DNA of 64,000 nt from a virus (IMGVR_UViG_3300035681_000021:2412-66411); one strand, 5' to 3'. Shown: positions 38,438 to 47,485, counted from the first letter of the stretch. Notes: generated from the sequence alone by a model not told the origin. Numbers and translations are program-made.

Positions 38438-38830
38438 TCAGATTGAAGCCAAGAAGCGACGCTTCTCAGCCGCAGTCATTGCCTGATACGCTGTCACAAG
38501 CTTGGTTACCTTGTCCTTCTTCTTGCTTGTCTTTGGTTTCTTTGCGTCTGCCTCGACATCCACAAAGATGTTGTCGAGAATCCTATCGGTGCGTCTTTGC
38601 TCGGCAGTACCTCGCCCGAATGTCCAACCACGCTGACCCTCGTAAGGCTTGCGTGTGACCTTGGGCAGTTGCGTCACATAGAACACGACATAAGGCACAG
38701 CGTCCTTGCGTGTGCCTACACCGTTGGCAAGCAAGGTGTCGAGCAAACTGGCAGACGAGATGTCTGCGAGTTTCAGGGTAGGAACGATTGCACGATAGGT
38801 GTTTGCATTGATTGCTGTTGCGAGTTTCAT
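38438..38830 (-). CDS. First gene of the leftward arm, basic protein
   Basis: MKLATAIN start after GGAGAGC; 130 aa. Confidence 0.7.
   Translation of the reverse strand: MKLATAINANTYRAIVPTLKLADISSASLLDTLLANGVGTRKDAVPYVVFYVTQLPKVTRKPYEGQRGWTFGRGTAEQRRTDRILDNIFVDVEADAKKPKTSKKKDKVTKLVTAYQAMTAAEKRRFLASI
38746..38772. repeat. 27-bp palindrome, copy 5 (intragenic)
   Basis: AACTGGCAGACG-AGA-TGTCTGCGAGTT. Confidence 0.85.
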
Positions 38831-38842
38831 AGATAGCTCTCC

Positions 38843-38869
38843 AAAAGAAAAACCCCGCAACTGGCGGGG
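38843..38869 (-). terminator. Intrinsic terminator in the early leader
   Basis: Minus strand CCCCGC-CAGTT-GCGGGG-TTTTTCTTTT. Confidence 0.65.
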
Positions 38870-38905
38870 CGACAGAACGACTGAGTTCCCCCAATCGATA
38901 AATCT

Positions 38906-38914
38906 ATTATAGCA
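38906..38914 (-). promoter_or_regulatory. Extended -10 promoter for the leftward arm
   Basis: TGcTATAAT consensus on the minus strand. Confidence 0.65.
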
Positions 38915-39135
38915 CAAACAGGTTTGGCAATACCCTTGACACGATAAATGTGAATACCTTAGACCCCACCGTACCCCCATGACCCCATATGTCAGCGAGG
39001 CATGCGTCGTTGTGTGAACACTATTCCCCTCCGATTCTCAGCACTTCTGTAATACTTAAGTTGTTTAAGTATCCAATCCCGTTTTTTAAGTATCTAGTAC
39101 CCCCCATAAATTTTATAAAAATTCCAAACAACCTT

Positions 39136-39151
39136 TGTCAAACGTTGGACA
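39136..39151. promoter_or_regulatory. 16-bp operator-like palindrome
   Basis: TGTCAAACGTTGGACA. Confidence 0.5.
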
Positions 39152-39162
39152 GCAACACCTAT

Positions 39163-39246
39163 AAAAAAACCCCCCGACATTGCTGACGAGGGGTGTTAAC
39201 AGTTGGGTCACAACTGAGGAGAGAGCAAGTGCTTGCGCAACTGCTG
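39163..39246 (-). ncRNA. Candidate three-hairpin sRNA with exposed anti-SD
   Basis: -10 TACACT upstream; GCAA-tetraloop hairpin, CUCUCCU linker, CAGUUG/CAACUG hairpin, GC-rich terminator plus U7. Confidence 0.6.
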
Positions 39247-39281
39247 GAAATAAGTGTACACTGCACTCCAACGCGCAACAA
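39233..39281. promoter_or_regulatory. Overlapping divergent promoters
   Basis: Palindrome AGTGTACACT (39253-39262) gives -10 TACACT on both strands; TTGCGC at 39233 (+) and TTGTTG at 39281-39276 (-) are possible -35 boxes. Confidence 0.45.
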
Positions 39282-39307
39282 CCCTGTGAAAAAACACAGC
39301 TATAAAA

Positions 39308-39916
39308 ATGTTGGAGCATTTGGTGCAGTTTTCCCCAGACGACGCCGGTCTGGACGATTTTGTAAGTATTGCAGCTGTATCGTCAGCGGATTTACTGTCG
39401 GCGCAAATAGCCACGGCAGAGTTACTGGATGAGCTGGGTGTCACGCCGGATGACCAGATAAGTTACGAAGCCCAGACCCACGCGGCCCGCGACGCTTTCA
39501 AAGTGGTGATCGCCGACCAAGACTCTGAAGAACAGAAAACCAAACTGCTCCAATTAAAGACCCCCGCCGCTGTGCGCCACATTACAGGCATGTTGACAGC
39601 ATATGACTGGGAATTTGTACAGATGGCCAAAGAACTCCGTGGGTACACGGTGGCCAAGTTGTTTGAGGAAACCCAATCCCCCAACGCCAACATCCGACTG
39701 AAAGCCTTGGGCCTCTTGGGCAAGGTCACGGAAGTCGGGCTGTTCACCGACAAGATCGAAGTCAAGAAGACAGACCTGACCGACGAAGAGATCGACAAGA
39801 AACTCAAGGACAAGCTTGCCGCCTTCATGGGCGTGCAGGATATGGACGTTGTGGAAGACATTGAAATAAACGAACCACCTAATGAAACTCAGCAACCTGA
39901 CGCTCAGCCCGACTGA
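39308..39916 (+). CDS. Putative terminase small subunit
   Basis: Directly upstream of TerL; RLKALGLLGK...GLFTDKIEV pattern. Confidence 0.65.
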   Translation: MLEHLVQFSPDDAGLDDFVSIAAVSSADLLSAQIATAELLDELGVTPDDQISYEAQTHAARDAFKVVIADQDSEEQKTKLLQLKTPAAVRHITGMLTAYDWEFVQMAKELRGYTVAKLFEETQSPNANIRLKALGLLGKVTEVGLFTDKIEVKKTDLTDEEIDKKLKDKLAAFMGVQDMDVVEDIEINEPPNETQQPDAQPD

Positions 39917-41420
39917 AATTCAGGCAATCCAAAAAGCCCTCCCTACCATGTCCCTAAGAGAGAAGGTGGAGTTGATGGACGTGTTGGAGGAACGTGAAAA
40001 ACGTTACAAACTGGTGGCCGGTCGCACGGACATGATTAAGTTTGCCCAGCACGTTTACCCCGGGTTCAAGGTTGGGCCACACCACAGGAAGCTGGCCAAG
40101 ATATTTCAGGATGTAGTTGACGGTAAAAAGAAGCGCGTCATCATCAACATTGCCCCACGGATGGGTAAGTCGGAGTTTTCCTCCTACCTGTTCCCCGCGT
40201 TCTTTCTAGGTAATTTCCCTAATAAGAAGATCATCATGGGAACGCACACCGCCTCGCTGTCTGAGGACTTCGGGCGCAGAGTCAGAAACTTAATTAACGA
40301 TGAGAACTATCATGAACTCTTCCCTCAAACACTTGTGGCAGACGACCAAAAAGCAGCAGGTAAGTGGAGCACAGCAGCGGGTGGGCAGTACTACGCAGCC
40401 GGTGTCGGTGGTGCACTTGCTGGACGCGGCGCTGACCTTTTCGTTATTGATGATCCGCATTCGGAACAGGATGTAAAGGCAAACAGTCGTCTAGCGTTTG
40501 ACACCGCATGGTCTTGGTTTCAGACTGGCCCGTTGCAGCGATTGATGCCGGGAGGAGGAATCATTGTTGTTATGACACGTTGGGGGCCGCTGGACTTGAC
40601 TGGCAGGCTTATCCAGTATCAAGTCAATAACCCGGACTCACCTCAGTGGGAGATTGTGGAGCTGCCCGCCATACTGAATGAGAACACGGATAACGAGAAG
40701 TCACTCTGGCCAGAACAGTGGCCGCTGGAGGCGTTGCTCAGTGCCAAGTCCTCAATGGATCCCCGGTACTGGAACGCGCAGTACATGCAGCAGCCTACCT
40801 CGGACACCGCTGCCATTATCAGCAGAAAGCACTGGCGCATCTGGCCAAGCGACACACCGCCTGACTGTGAGTACATCATCCAGAGCTGGGATACGGCGCA
40901 CGAGACAAAGAGCACATCTGACTACAGTGCATGCACAACGTGGGGCGTGTTCTACAACGAGGAAGAGAATAGCAAAGCGCAGGTCATACTGCTGGACGCG
41001 TTCAAAGACAGGATGCCGTTCCCTGAACTCAAACAATCGGCATTCAAACACTGGACGGAATGGGAGCCTGATGCGTTCATCGTGGAGAAGAAAGCCGCTG
41101 GTGGCCCGTTGATCCAAGAGCTTCGGGCGATGGGCATCCCTGTACAAGAATTTACACCCAGCCGTGGAAACGATAAGATGGTGCGTGTCAACGCCGTGGC
41201 CGACATGTTTGCGTCTGGCTTGGTATGGGCACCGGACACACGCTGGGCACGCGAAGTGATTGAGGAAGTCGCGGCTTTCCCTGTGGGGGAGAACGATGAC
41301 TATGTGGACACGACCACCCAAGCACTGCTGCGCGTCAGACAAGGCGGCTTCATTCGGATTGACACGGATGAGCCAGATGAACCCCGATTTTTCAAACGCC
41401 GAACTGCGGCGTACTACTGA
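39882..41420 (+). CDS. terL: Terminase large subunit
   Basis: APRMGKS Walker A, GRGAD, VIDDP, SWDTA, DYSA, DDYVD nuclease motifs. Confidence 0.95.
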   Translation: MKLSNLTLSPTEIQAIQKALPTMSLREKVELMDVLEEREKRYKLVAGRTDMIKFAQHVYPGFKVGPHHRKLAKIFQDVVDGKKKRVIINIAPRMGKSEFSSYLFPAFFLGNFPNKKIIMGTHTASLSEDFGRRVRNLINDENYHELFPQTLVADDQKAAGKWSTAAGGQYYAAGVGGALAGRGADLFVIDDPHSEQDVKANSRLAFDTAWSWFQTGPLQRLMPGGGIIVVMTRWGPLDLTGRLIQYQVNNPDSPQWEIVELPAILNENTDNEKSLWPEQWPLEALLSAKSSMDPRYWNAQYMQQPTSDTAAIISRKHWRIWPSDTPPDCEYIIQSWDTAHETKSTSDYSACTTWGVFYNEEENSKAQVILLDAFKDRMPFPELKQSAFKHWTEWEPDAFIVEKKAAGGPLIQELRAMGIPVQEFTPSRGNDKMVRVNAVADMFASGLVWAPDTRWAREVIEEVAAFPVGENDDYVDTTTQALLRVRQGGFIRIDTDEPDEPRFFKRRTAAYY

Positions 41421-41426
41421 GGATAA

Positions 41427-43862
41427 ATGATGGCCACCAATATAGATAAAGCCCTGTTTCAACAACCCCAAGGTATCGGGGAGCTGGCGCAAGACGAAGA
41501 ACCAATTGAGATCGAGATCGAGATCGTTGATCCAGAAGCGGTCAACATTGAAATTGGCGATTTGGAACTGAGCATTGTTCCCGGAGAAGATGACAAGTTC
41601 AACGAGAACTTGGCCGACACGCTGGACGAAGATGACATCATGTCGATGGCCGGTGACTTGGCCGGTGACATTGAGCAGGATAGGAATTCGCGCAAGGACT
41701 GGGAGAAAGCCTACACCGAAGGTTTGAAACTGTTGGGCCTTCAGTACGAAGAGCGCACGGAGCCGTGGAACGGAGCGTCTGGCGTGTTCCACCCCATGAT
41801 TACCGAAGCCGTGGTGCGCTTCCAGTCAGAGACCATCACCGAGACATTCCCAGCCCAAGGCCCGGTGCGTACAAAAATTCTGGGCAAGGAAACGCCTGAG
41901 AAGCAAGAAGCCGCTGTACGTGTCCAAGAAGACATGAACTACGAGTTGACAGAGGTGATGCGTGAGTTCCGCCCCGAGCATGAGCGCATGCTGTGGAGCT
42001 TGCCAGCCACTGGCTCGGCGTTCAAGAAGGTGTACTACGACCCCAACATTGGCCGTCAGGTATCTATATTCATACCGGCAGAAGATATCATCTTGCCGTA
42101 CGGCACGACAGACTTGGACACTTGCTACCGCTTGACGCACGTCATGCGCAAAACCAAGAACGAGATCATCAAGCTGCAACAGGCAGGTTTTTACCGCGAC
42201 ATTGAGTTGCCTGACCCCAGCAAAGACCAAGACAACATCAAGAAAGCCAAAGACAAAGAGACTGGGTTCTCTGACCTGAACGACGACCGTTACACGCTGT
42301 ATGAGTGCCATGTTGACTTGGTGCTCAAAGGCGACGAACTTAAAGACGACGATGGCGAGCCGACAGGTATTACAAGACCATACGTAGTTACCCTAATAAA
42401 AGGCTCGAACGATGTTCTGGCCATCCGTAGAAACTGGGAACAGAAAGATCCACTTGAACTTAAACGACAGCACTTTGTTCACTATCAATACATCCCGGGT
42501 TTTGGAGCGTACGGCTTCGGCTTATTCCATCTCATTGGAGGGTATGCCAAATCTGCCACGAGTCTCATGCGCCAGCTTATTGACGCGGGTACTCTCTCAA
42601 ACCTCCCCGGGGGACTCAAATCCCGTGGCATGCGCATCAAAGGTGACGACACACCAATCGCACCCGGAGAATGGCGCGACGTAGATATTGGCTCGGGTGC
42701 ACTGAGAGACAGCATCCTGCCCCTGCCATACAAAGAACCAAGCATGGTGCTGGCGGGGTTGATGGACAAGATTGTGGAGGAAGGCCGCAGGTTTGCCGCC
42801 ACTGCCGACATGAAGGTGTCGGACATGTCTGCCCAAGCGCCCGTGGGCACCACACTGGCTCTTTTAGAGCGCCAGCTCAAAGTCATGAGTGCCGTGCAAG
42901 CCCGTCTGCACTACACGTTCAAACAAGAACTGCGTCTGCTGGCCGCAATCATCCGCGACTACACAGACCCTTCGTACGACTACGACCCCATCGACGCACC
43001 GCGTAAAGCCAAGGCTGCTGACTACGACCATGTAGACATCATCCCTGTGAGCGACCCCAACGCAGCAACCATGAGTCAGCGGGTTGTGCAGTACCAAGCT
43101 GTGATCCAGATGGCACAGATGGCTCCAGACATTTACGACTTGCCCCAGCTTCACAGACAGATGCTGGCGGTGTTGGGCATCAAGGATGCCGACAAGCTCG
43201 TGCCCCTGCCAGACGACCAGAAACCGAAAGACCCTGTGTCTGAGAACATGGCCGCTCTGCGCTTGGAGCCACTCAAAGCGTTCTTCTACCAAGATCACCA
43301 GTCACACATTCAAGTGCACATGATGGCGATGCAAGACCCAATCGTCATGGAGTTGGTCGGACAGAACCCCAAAGCTCCGCAGATTCAAGCGGCGATGATG
43401 GCCCACGTTGCCGAGCACGTTGGCTTTGCCTACCGTCAGAAGATTGAGCAGCAGTTGGGTATGCCCCTGCCACCGGAAGATGAGAAGCTGCCGCCAGAGA
43501 TGGAAACACAACTCTCAGGAATGATGGCTCAAGCCGCACAGCAAGTGCTCCAGCAAAGTCAAGCGATGACTGCGCAGAAGCAAGCGCAGCAACAGCAACA
43601 AGACCCGCTGATCCAGATGCAGCAGCAAGAGTTGCAGATCAAGATGCAGGAATTGCAGCTCAAGAGACAAGAAGTCGAGGGCAAGCTCAGCCTTGAGAAC
43701 AAGCGGTTGGAAGTGGATGCCATGAACAAGGCTGGCCAACTCAAACTACAAAAACAAAATGCCGAGATAACTGCATTTGCAAAAGCTGGGGACATAAAGA
43801 CAAAGCGCGAGCAAATGCAGATGCAGCAACGCAACCAACCAAAGGAGAAGCCGACTAAATGA
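41427..43862 (+). CDS. Portal protein
   Basis: 811 aa after TerL; GSAFKKVYYD, FGAYGFGL, APVGTTLAL; Q-rich C-terminal barrel as in P22-like portals. Confidence 0.9.
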   Translation: MMATNIDKALFQQPQGIGELAQDEEPIEIEIEIVDPEAVNIEIGDLELSIVPGEDDKFNENLADTLDEDDIMSMAGDLAGDIEQDRNSRKDWEKAYTEGLKLLGLQYEERTEPWNGASGVFHPMITEAVVRFQSETITETFPAQGPVRTKILGKETPEKQEAAVRVQEDMNYELTEVMREFRPEHERMLWSLPATGSAFKKVYYDPNIGRQVSIFIPAEDIILPYGTTDLDTCYRLTHVMRKTKNEIIKLQQAGFYRDIELPDPSKDQDNIKKAKDKETGFSDLNDDRYTLYECHVDLVLKGDELKDDDGEPTGITRPYVVTLIKGSNDVLAIRRNWEQKDPLELKRQHFVHYQYIPGFGAYGFGLFHLIGGYAKSATSLMRQLIDAGTLSNLPGGLKSRGMRIKGDDTPIAPGEWRDVDIGSGALRDSILPLPYKEPSMVLAGLMDKIVEEGRRFAATADMKVSDMSAQAPVGTTLALLERQLKVMSAVQARLHYTFKQELRLLAAIIRDYTDPSYDYDPIDAPRKAKAADYDHVDIIPVSDPNAATMSQRVVQYQAVIQMAQMAPDIYDLPQLHRQMLAVLGIKDADKLVPLPDDQKPKDPVSENMAALRLEPLKAFFYQDHQSHIQVHMMAMQDPIVMELVGQNPKAPQIQAAMMAHVAEHVGFAYRQKIEQQLGMPLPPEDEKLPPEMETQLSGMMAQAAQQVLQQSQAMTAQKQAQQQQQDPLIQMQQQELQIKMQELQLKRQEVEGKLSLENKRLEVDAMNKAGQLKLQKQNAEITAFAKAGDIKTKREQMQMQQRNQPKEKPTK

Positions 43863-44053
43863 TTTCAGAATTCGCACGCGTATTGCGCGAAAAATTACGC
43901 ACCGACATGAACAACTACGCAGACGACTGCGCTGGTGGGGCATGTCGCAACTTTGAAGAGTATCAAAAACTTTGCGGGATTATTCAGGGTCTAGCCCTTG
44001 CAGAGCGTTATCTACTTGACCTTGCACAGAAAGTTGAAGAATCCGATGAATGA
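43859..44053 (+). CDS. Small head-module protein
   Basis: EEYQKLCGIIQGL motif between portal and GroES. Confidence 0.7.
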   Translation: MISEFARVLREKLRTDMNNYADDCAGGACRNFEEYQKLCGIIQGLALAERYLLDLAQKVEESDE

Positions 44054-44483
44054 CACCGTTCTAGAACCGGGGCAGTATGCCCTGCCTGAAGCAATTCAGC
44101 CCGTCGATGCACCCGCAGATGACGCAACAAACGAAGAAAAAGCCACCATGCTGCCAGAGCCAACAGGCTGGAAACTGCTGTGTGCAGTGCCCGACATCTC
44201 TGAAAAGATTGACGGTACAGAGCTTGATCTTGTGAAAGCCACATCCACCCTGCGCCAAGAAGAACATGCCACAACTGTTCTGTTTGTGCTCAAGGTTGGC
44301 CCAGACGCGTACAAAGACCAGACCAAGTTCCCCGCAGGCGCGTGGTGCGGGGTAGGTGACTTCGTACTCGTGCGTACCTATTCTGGTACACGGTTCAAGA
44401 TTTTTGGAAAAGAGTTCCGGCTCATCAACGATGACCAAGTGGACGCTGTTGTGCAAGACCCTCGTGGGCTAACCCGCGCTTAA
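44046..44483 (+). CDS. GroES/Cpn10-like co-chaperonin
   Basis: PEPTGWKLL, VLKVGPDAY, GDFVL, YSGTRF, LINDDQVDAVV. Confidence 0.85.
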   Translation: MNDTVLEPGQYALPEAIQPVDAPADDATNEEKATMLPEPTGWKLLCAVPDISEKIDGTELDLVKATSTLRQEEHATTVLFVLKVGPDAYKDQTKFPAGAWCGVGDFVLVRTYSGTRFKIFGKEFRLINDDQVDAVVQDPRGLTRA

Positions 44484-44493
44484 AGGAGCAAAT

Positions 44494-45447
44494 ATGGCAG
44501 AGCAATACAAGTTCCCCGATGAACTTGAGGACGACAAGAACCAGAAGGTTGAGATTGAAACCAATGATGATGTCGAAATTGAGATTGTCGATGACACCCC
44601 TGAAAAGGATCGTGGTCGTCGCCCCCTTGATCGGGAAGTAGAAGACCCGACAGACGACGAAATTGAGTCATACACCCAAGGTGCCCAAAAACGCATCAAA
44701 GAGCTGACCCATGCCCGCCACGACGAACGCCGTGCCAAAGAGTCTCTTTTGAGAGAGAAGCAAGAACTTGAGCGTCTTGCACAGCACTATGTTGAGGAAA
44801 ACAAAAAACTCAAACAGTACGTCAGCACTGGTACAGAGCAGTACACCACAATGGCCAAGACCGCTGCCGAGGCGGAGTTGGACAAAGCTCGGCAAGAGTA
44901 CAAGGCCGCACAAGAGGCGTTTGACACGGACGCAATCATTGCGGCGCAGGAAAAGCTGTTTGAAGCAAAAATAAAGTTGCAAAATGCACAAAATTTTCGT
45001 CCACCTGCTTTACAAGAAGAAAATTTTGATGTACAACCGCGACAACAAGCACCCGAACCGGTGCGTGCTGACGAAAAAACCTTGCGCTGGCAAGCAAAAA
45101 ACCAGTGGTTTGGCACAGACGGGTTCGAGGAAGTTACCAGCTTTGCACTAGGGCTGCATCAAAAACTAGTCAACAACGGAGTTGATCCTCGCTCCGATGA
45201 TTATTTCGAGCAAATTGATGCTCGCGTGAAGTCAAAGTTCCCTGAAGTTTTTGGTGGAAACGAAGACAAGCCAAGGTCGGTTGAGACTCCAAGGCGACCT
45301 TCATCCGTGGTTGCACCTGCATCACGTTCGACTGGAACAAGGAAGATACAGTTAACGCCGTCGCAAGCTGCGTTAATTAAAAAGTACAACCTTGACCCGA
45401 AAAAATATGTCGCTGAAGTTTTAAAACTGGAGAATCAAAATGGCTGA
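44494..45447 (+). CDS. Capsid scaffolding protein
   Basis: Acidic coiled coil; W-x3-N-x-WFG; C-terminal LTPSQ...Y motif. Confidence 0.75.
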   Translation: MAEQYKFPDELEDDKNQKVEIETNDDVEIEIVDDTPEKDRGRRPLDREVEDPTDDEIESYTQGAQKRIKELTHARHDERRAKESLLREKQELERLAQHYVEENKKLKQYVSTGTEQYTTMAKTAAEAELDKARQEYKAAQEAFDTDAIIAAQEKLFEAKIKLQNAQNFRPPALQEENFDVQPRQQAPEPVRADEKTLRWQAKNQWFGTDGFEEVTSFALGLHQKLVNNGVDPRSDDYFEQIDARVKSKFPEVFGGNEDKPRSVETPRRPSSVVAPASRSTGTRKIQLTPSQAALIKKYNLDPKKYVAEVLKLENQNG

Positions 45448-45892
45448 AAACCGTACCCCTCGTGACAATGTGTCACGCGAAAAGCAGGCCCGTGCTGTAT
45501 ACGTACCGCCGACTGCGCTGCCCGATCCGACACCTGAACCCGGATATGTCTACCGTTGGGTAGCCACACATGTCTTGGGTCAGCACGAACCAACCAACGT
45601 GTCACGTAAGTTTCGCGATGGCTGGGAGCCGGTGAAAGCAGTAGACCATCCTGAGTTAATGATTACTGGTAGTGAAAAGACAGGAAACGTAGAAATTGGT
45701 GGCCTCATGCTTTGCAAGATGTCCGCCGAAAGAGCACGTTCTCGGGACGACTACTATGACGCACAAGCTCAGAACCAGATGGAATCAGTGGACAACCACT
45801 TCATGCGAAACAACAATCCGATGATGCCGCTGTTTGCCGAGAAAAAATCGTCAGTCAGTCGCGGAACTGGGTTTGGTTCAGGTTCTAAATAA
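45440..45892 (+). CDS. Conserved head-module protein
   Basis: PGYVYRW...GWEPV...IGGLMLCK. Confidence 0.7.
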   Translation: MAENRTPRDNVSREKQARAVYVPPTALPDPTPEPGYVYRWVATHVLGQHEPTNVSRKFRDGWEPVKAVDHPELMITGSEKTGNVEIGGLMLCKMSAERARSRDDYYDAQAQNQMESVDNHFMRNNNPMMPLFAEKKSSVSRGTGFGSGSK

Positions 45893-45907
45893 ACAAGGAG
45901 TCCTTAA

Positions 45908-46534
45908 ATGGCATCAGTAGCATCCCCTTACGGTCTAAAACCCGTAAATGAGTTGGGCGGCACACCATACGCAGGTGCGACCCGTTCTTATCTCATCGAC
46001 CCCGCAGGAACTGCCTCAAACATTTACAACGGCTCACCCGTGTATGTGAATGCGTCTGGCTATTTGGCTGTGGCAACTGCAACCGGCGCTGACGCGACCA
46101 CCAATGGCTTTCCTACTGGCACCGCTAATACCGGTATCGTAGGTGTGTTTGTTGGCTGTTCTTACATCAACGCACAAGGCCAAGTAATTTATGCACAGTA
46201 CTACCCCACAGGTACAACTGGTGTGATTAACGCCTATGTTGTGGATGATCCCGGTGTTGTGTTCCAAGTTCAGTCCGCTGGCTCTGTTACACAAGCTGCA
46301 CTGGGCGCAAACGTGTTTTTCACAACCAGCGCTGTGGCAACAGGCAGCACATCAACAGGTAACTCTACGGCTTCTGTCGTAGCCGGTTCCTCTGCTGTGA
46401 CTACTACCGCAGCTTTCCGTGTTGTTGGGTTTGTTAATATGCAAGGCTTCTCAGTTGTAGGCGACGCTTACACCGACATCCTTGTCAAAATTAACCCCGG
46501 CTATCACACATTCACCAACGCTGTTGGCCTGTAA
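45908..46534 (+). CDS. Capsid decoration/cement-like protein
   Basis: PYGLKP...GVFVGCSY...VVDDP; directly before the major capsid gene. Confidence 0.6.
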   Translation: MASVASPYGLKPVNELGGTPYAGATRSYLIDPAGTASNIYNGSPVYVNASGYLAVATATGADATTNGFPTGTANTGIVGVFVGCSYINAQGQVIYAQYYPTGTTGVINAYVVDDPGVVFQVQSAGSVTQAALGANVFFTTSAVATGSTSTGNSTASVVAGSSAVTTTAAFRVVGFVNMQGFSVVGDAYTDILVKINPGYHTFTNAVGL

Positions 46535-46547
46535 GGAGTAACTCAAA

Positions 46548-47477
46548 ATGGCAATTTCACGCGCACAACTACTTAAAGAGTTGCTCCCCGGCCTGAACGC
46601 TTTGTTCGGTATGGAATACGCACGCTATGGTGAAGAGCACAAAGAAATCTACGAAACAGAGAAATCTGAGCGTAGCTTTGAAGAAGAAACCAAACTTGCT
46701 GGTTTCGGTGCTGCTCCCGTCAAAAACGAAGGTTCTGCCATCGCTTATGACAATGCACAAGAAGCGTTCACAGCACGTTACAACCACGAAACCATTGCCT
46801 TGGGTTTCTCAATCACTGAAGAGGCGATTGAAGACAATTTGTACGACAGCTTGTCTGCTCGCTACACCAAAGCCTTGGCCCGTGCCATGTCCTATACCAA
46901 GCAAGTCAAAGCCGCTTCCGTTATCAATAACGGTTTCAACGGTTCATACTTGGGCGGTGATGGCGTTACTTTGTTCGGTAACAACAGCTCCAGCACTCGT
47001 GTTGGCCATCCCTTGGTAAACGGCTCTGTTAACTACAACAGCCCAACCACTGGCGTGGACTTAAACGAAACCTCTTTGGAAAATGCCGTAATTCAAATTG
47101 CAGCGTGGACTGATGAGCGTGGTCTGTTGATTGCTGCCAAGCCTCGCAAAATGATTGTGCCTCCGTCACTTATGTTTGTTGCCAAGCGTTTGCTTGACAC
47201 TGAACTGCGTGTCTCTACTGCTGACAACGACATCAACGCGTTGAAGCAGATGGGTGCAATTCCTGAAGGCTACACCGTCAACCACTTTTTGACCGACACA
47301 AACGGCTGGTATTTGATTACCGACGTTCCAAACGGCATGAAGCATTTTGAACGTATGCCTTTGTCCAACTCAATGGACGGCGACTTTGATACCGGCAACG
47401 TCCGTTACAAAGCTCGTGAGCGTTACAGCTTTGGCTGGTCTGATCCTCTCGGTATGTGGGGTTCAGCAGGCGCGTAA
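46548..47477 (+). CDS. Major capsid protein (Mu gpT-like HK97 fold)
   Basis: MAISRAQLLKELLPGLNALFG...RYKARERYSFGWSD; strong RBS and downstream terminator. Confidence 0.92.
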   Translation: MAISRAQLLKELLPGLNALFGMEYARYGEEHKEIYETEKSERSFEEETKLAGFGAAPVKNEGSAIAYDNAQEAFTARYNHETIALGFSITEEAIEDNLYDSLSARYTKALARAMSYTKQVKAASVINNGFNGSYLGGDGVTLFGNNSSSTRVGHPLVNGSVNYNSPTTGVDLNETSLENAVIQIAAWTDERGLLIAAKPRKMIVPPSLMFVAKRLLDTELRVSTADNDINALKQMGAIPEGYTVNHFLTDTNGWYLITDVPNGMKHFERMPLSNSMDGDFDTGNVRYKARERYSFGWSDPLGMWGSAGA

Positions 47478-47485
47478 GCGACTTG

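Noticed and set aside
36203-38772. CRISPR array interpretation of the 27-bp repeats
   Set aside because: Spacing is 300-1050 bp and irregular, with genes between copies; the only Cas-like gene is an ordinary phage exonuclease
40752-41792. 346-aa antisense ORF and similar long opposite-strand ORFs
   Set aside because: Shadows of terL, portal and the giant gene; no RBS or recognisable motifs
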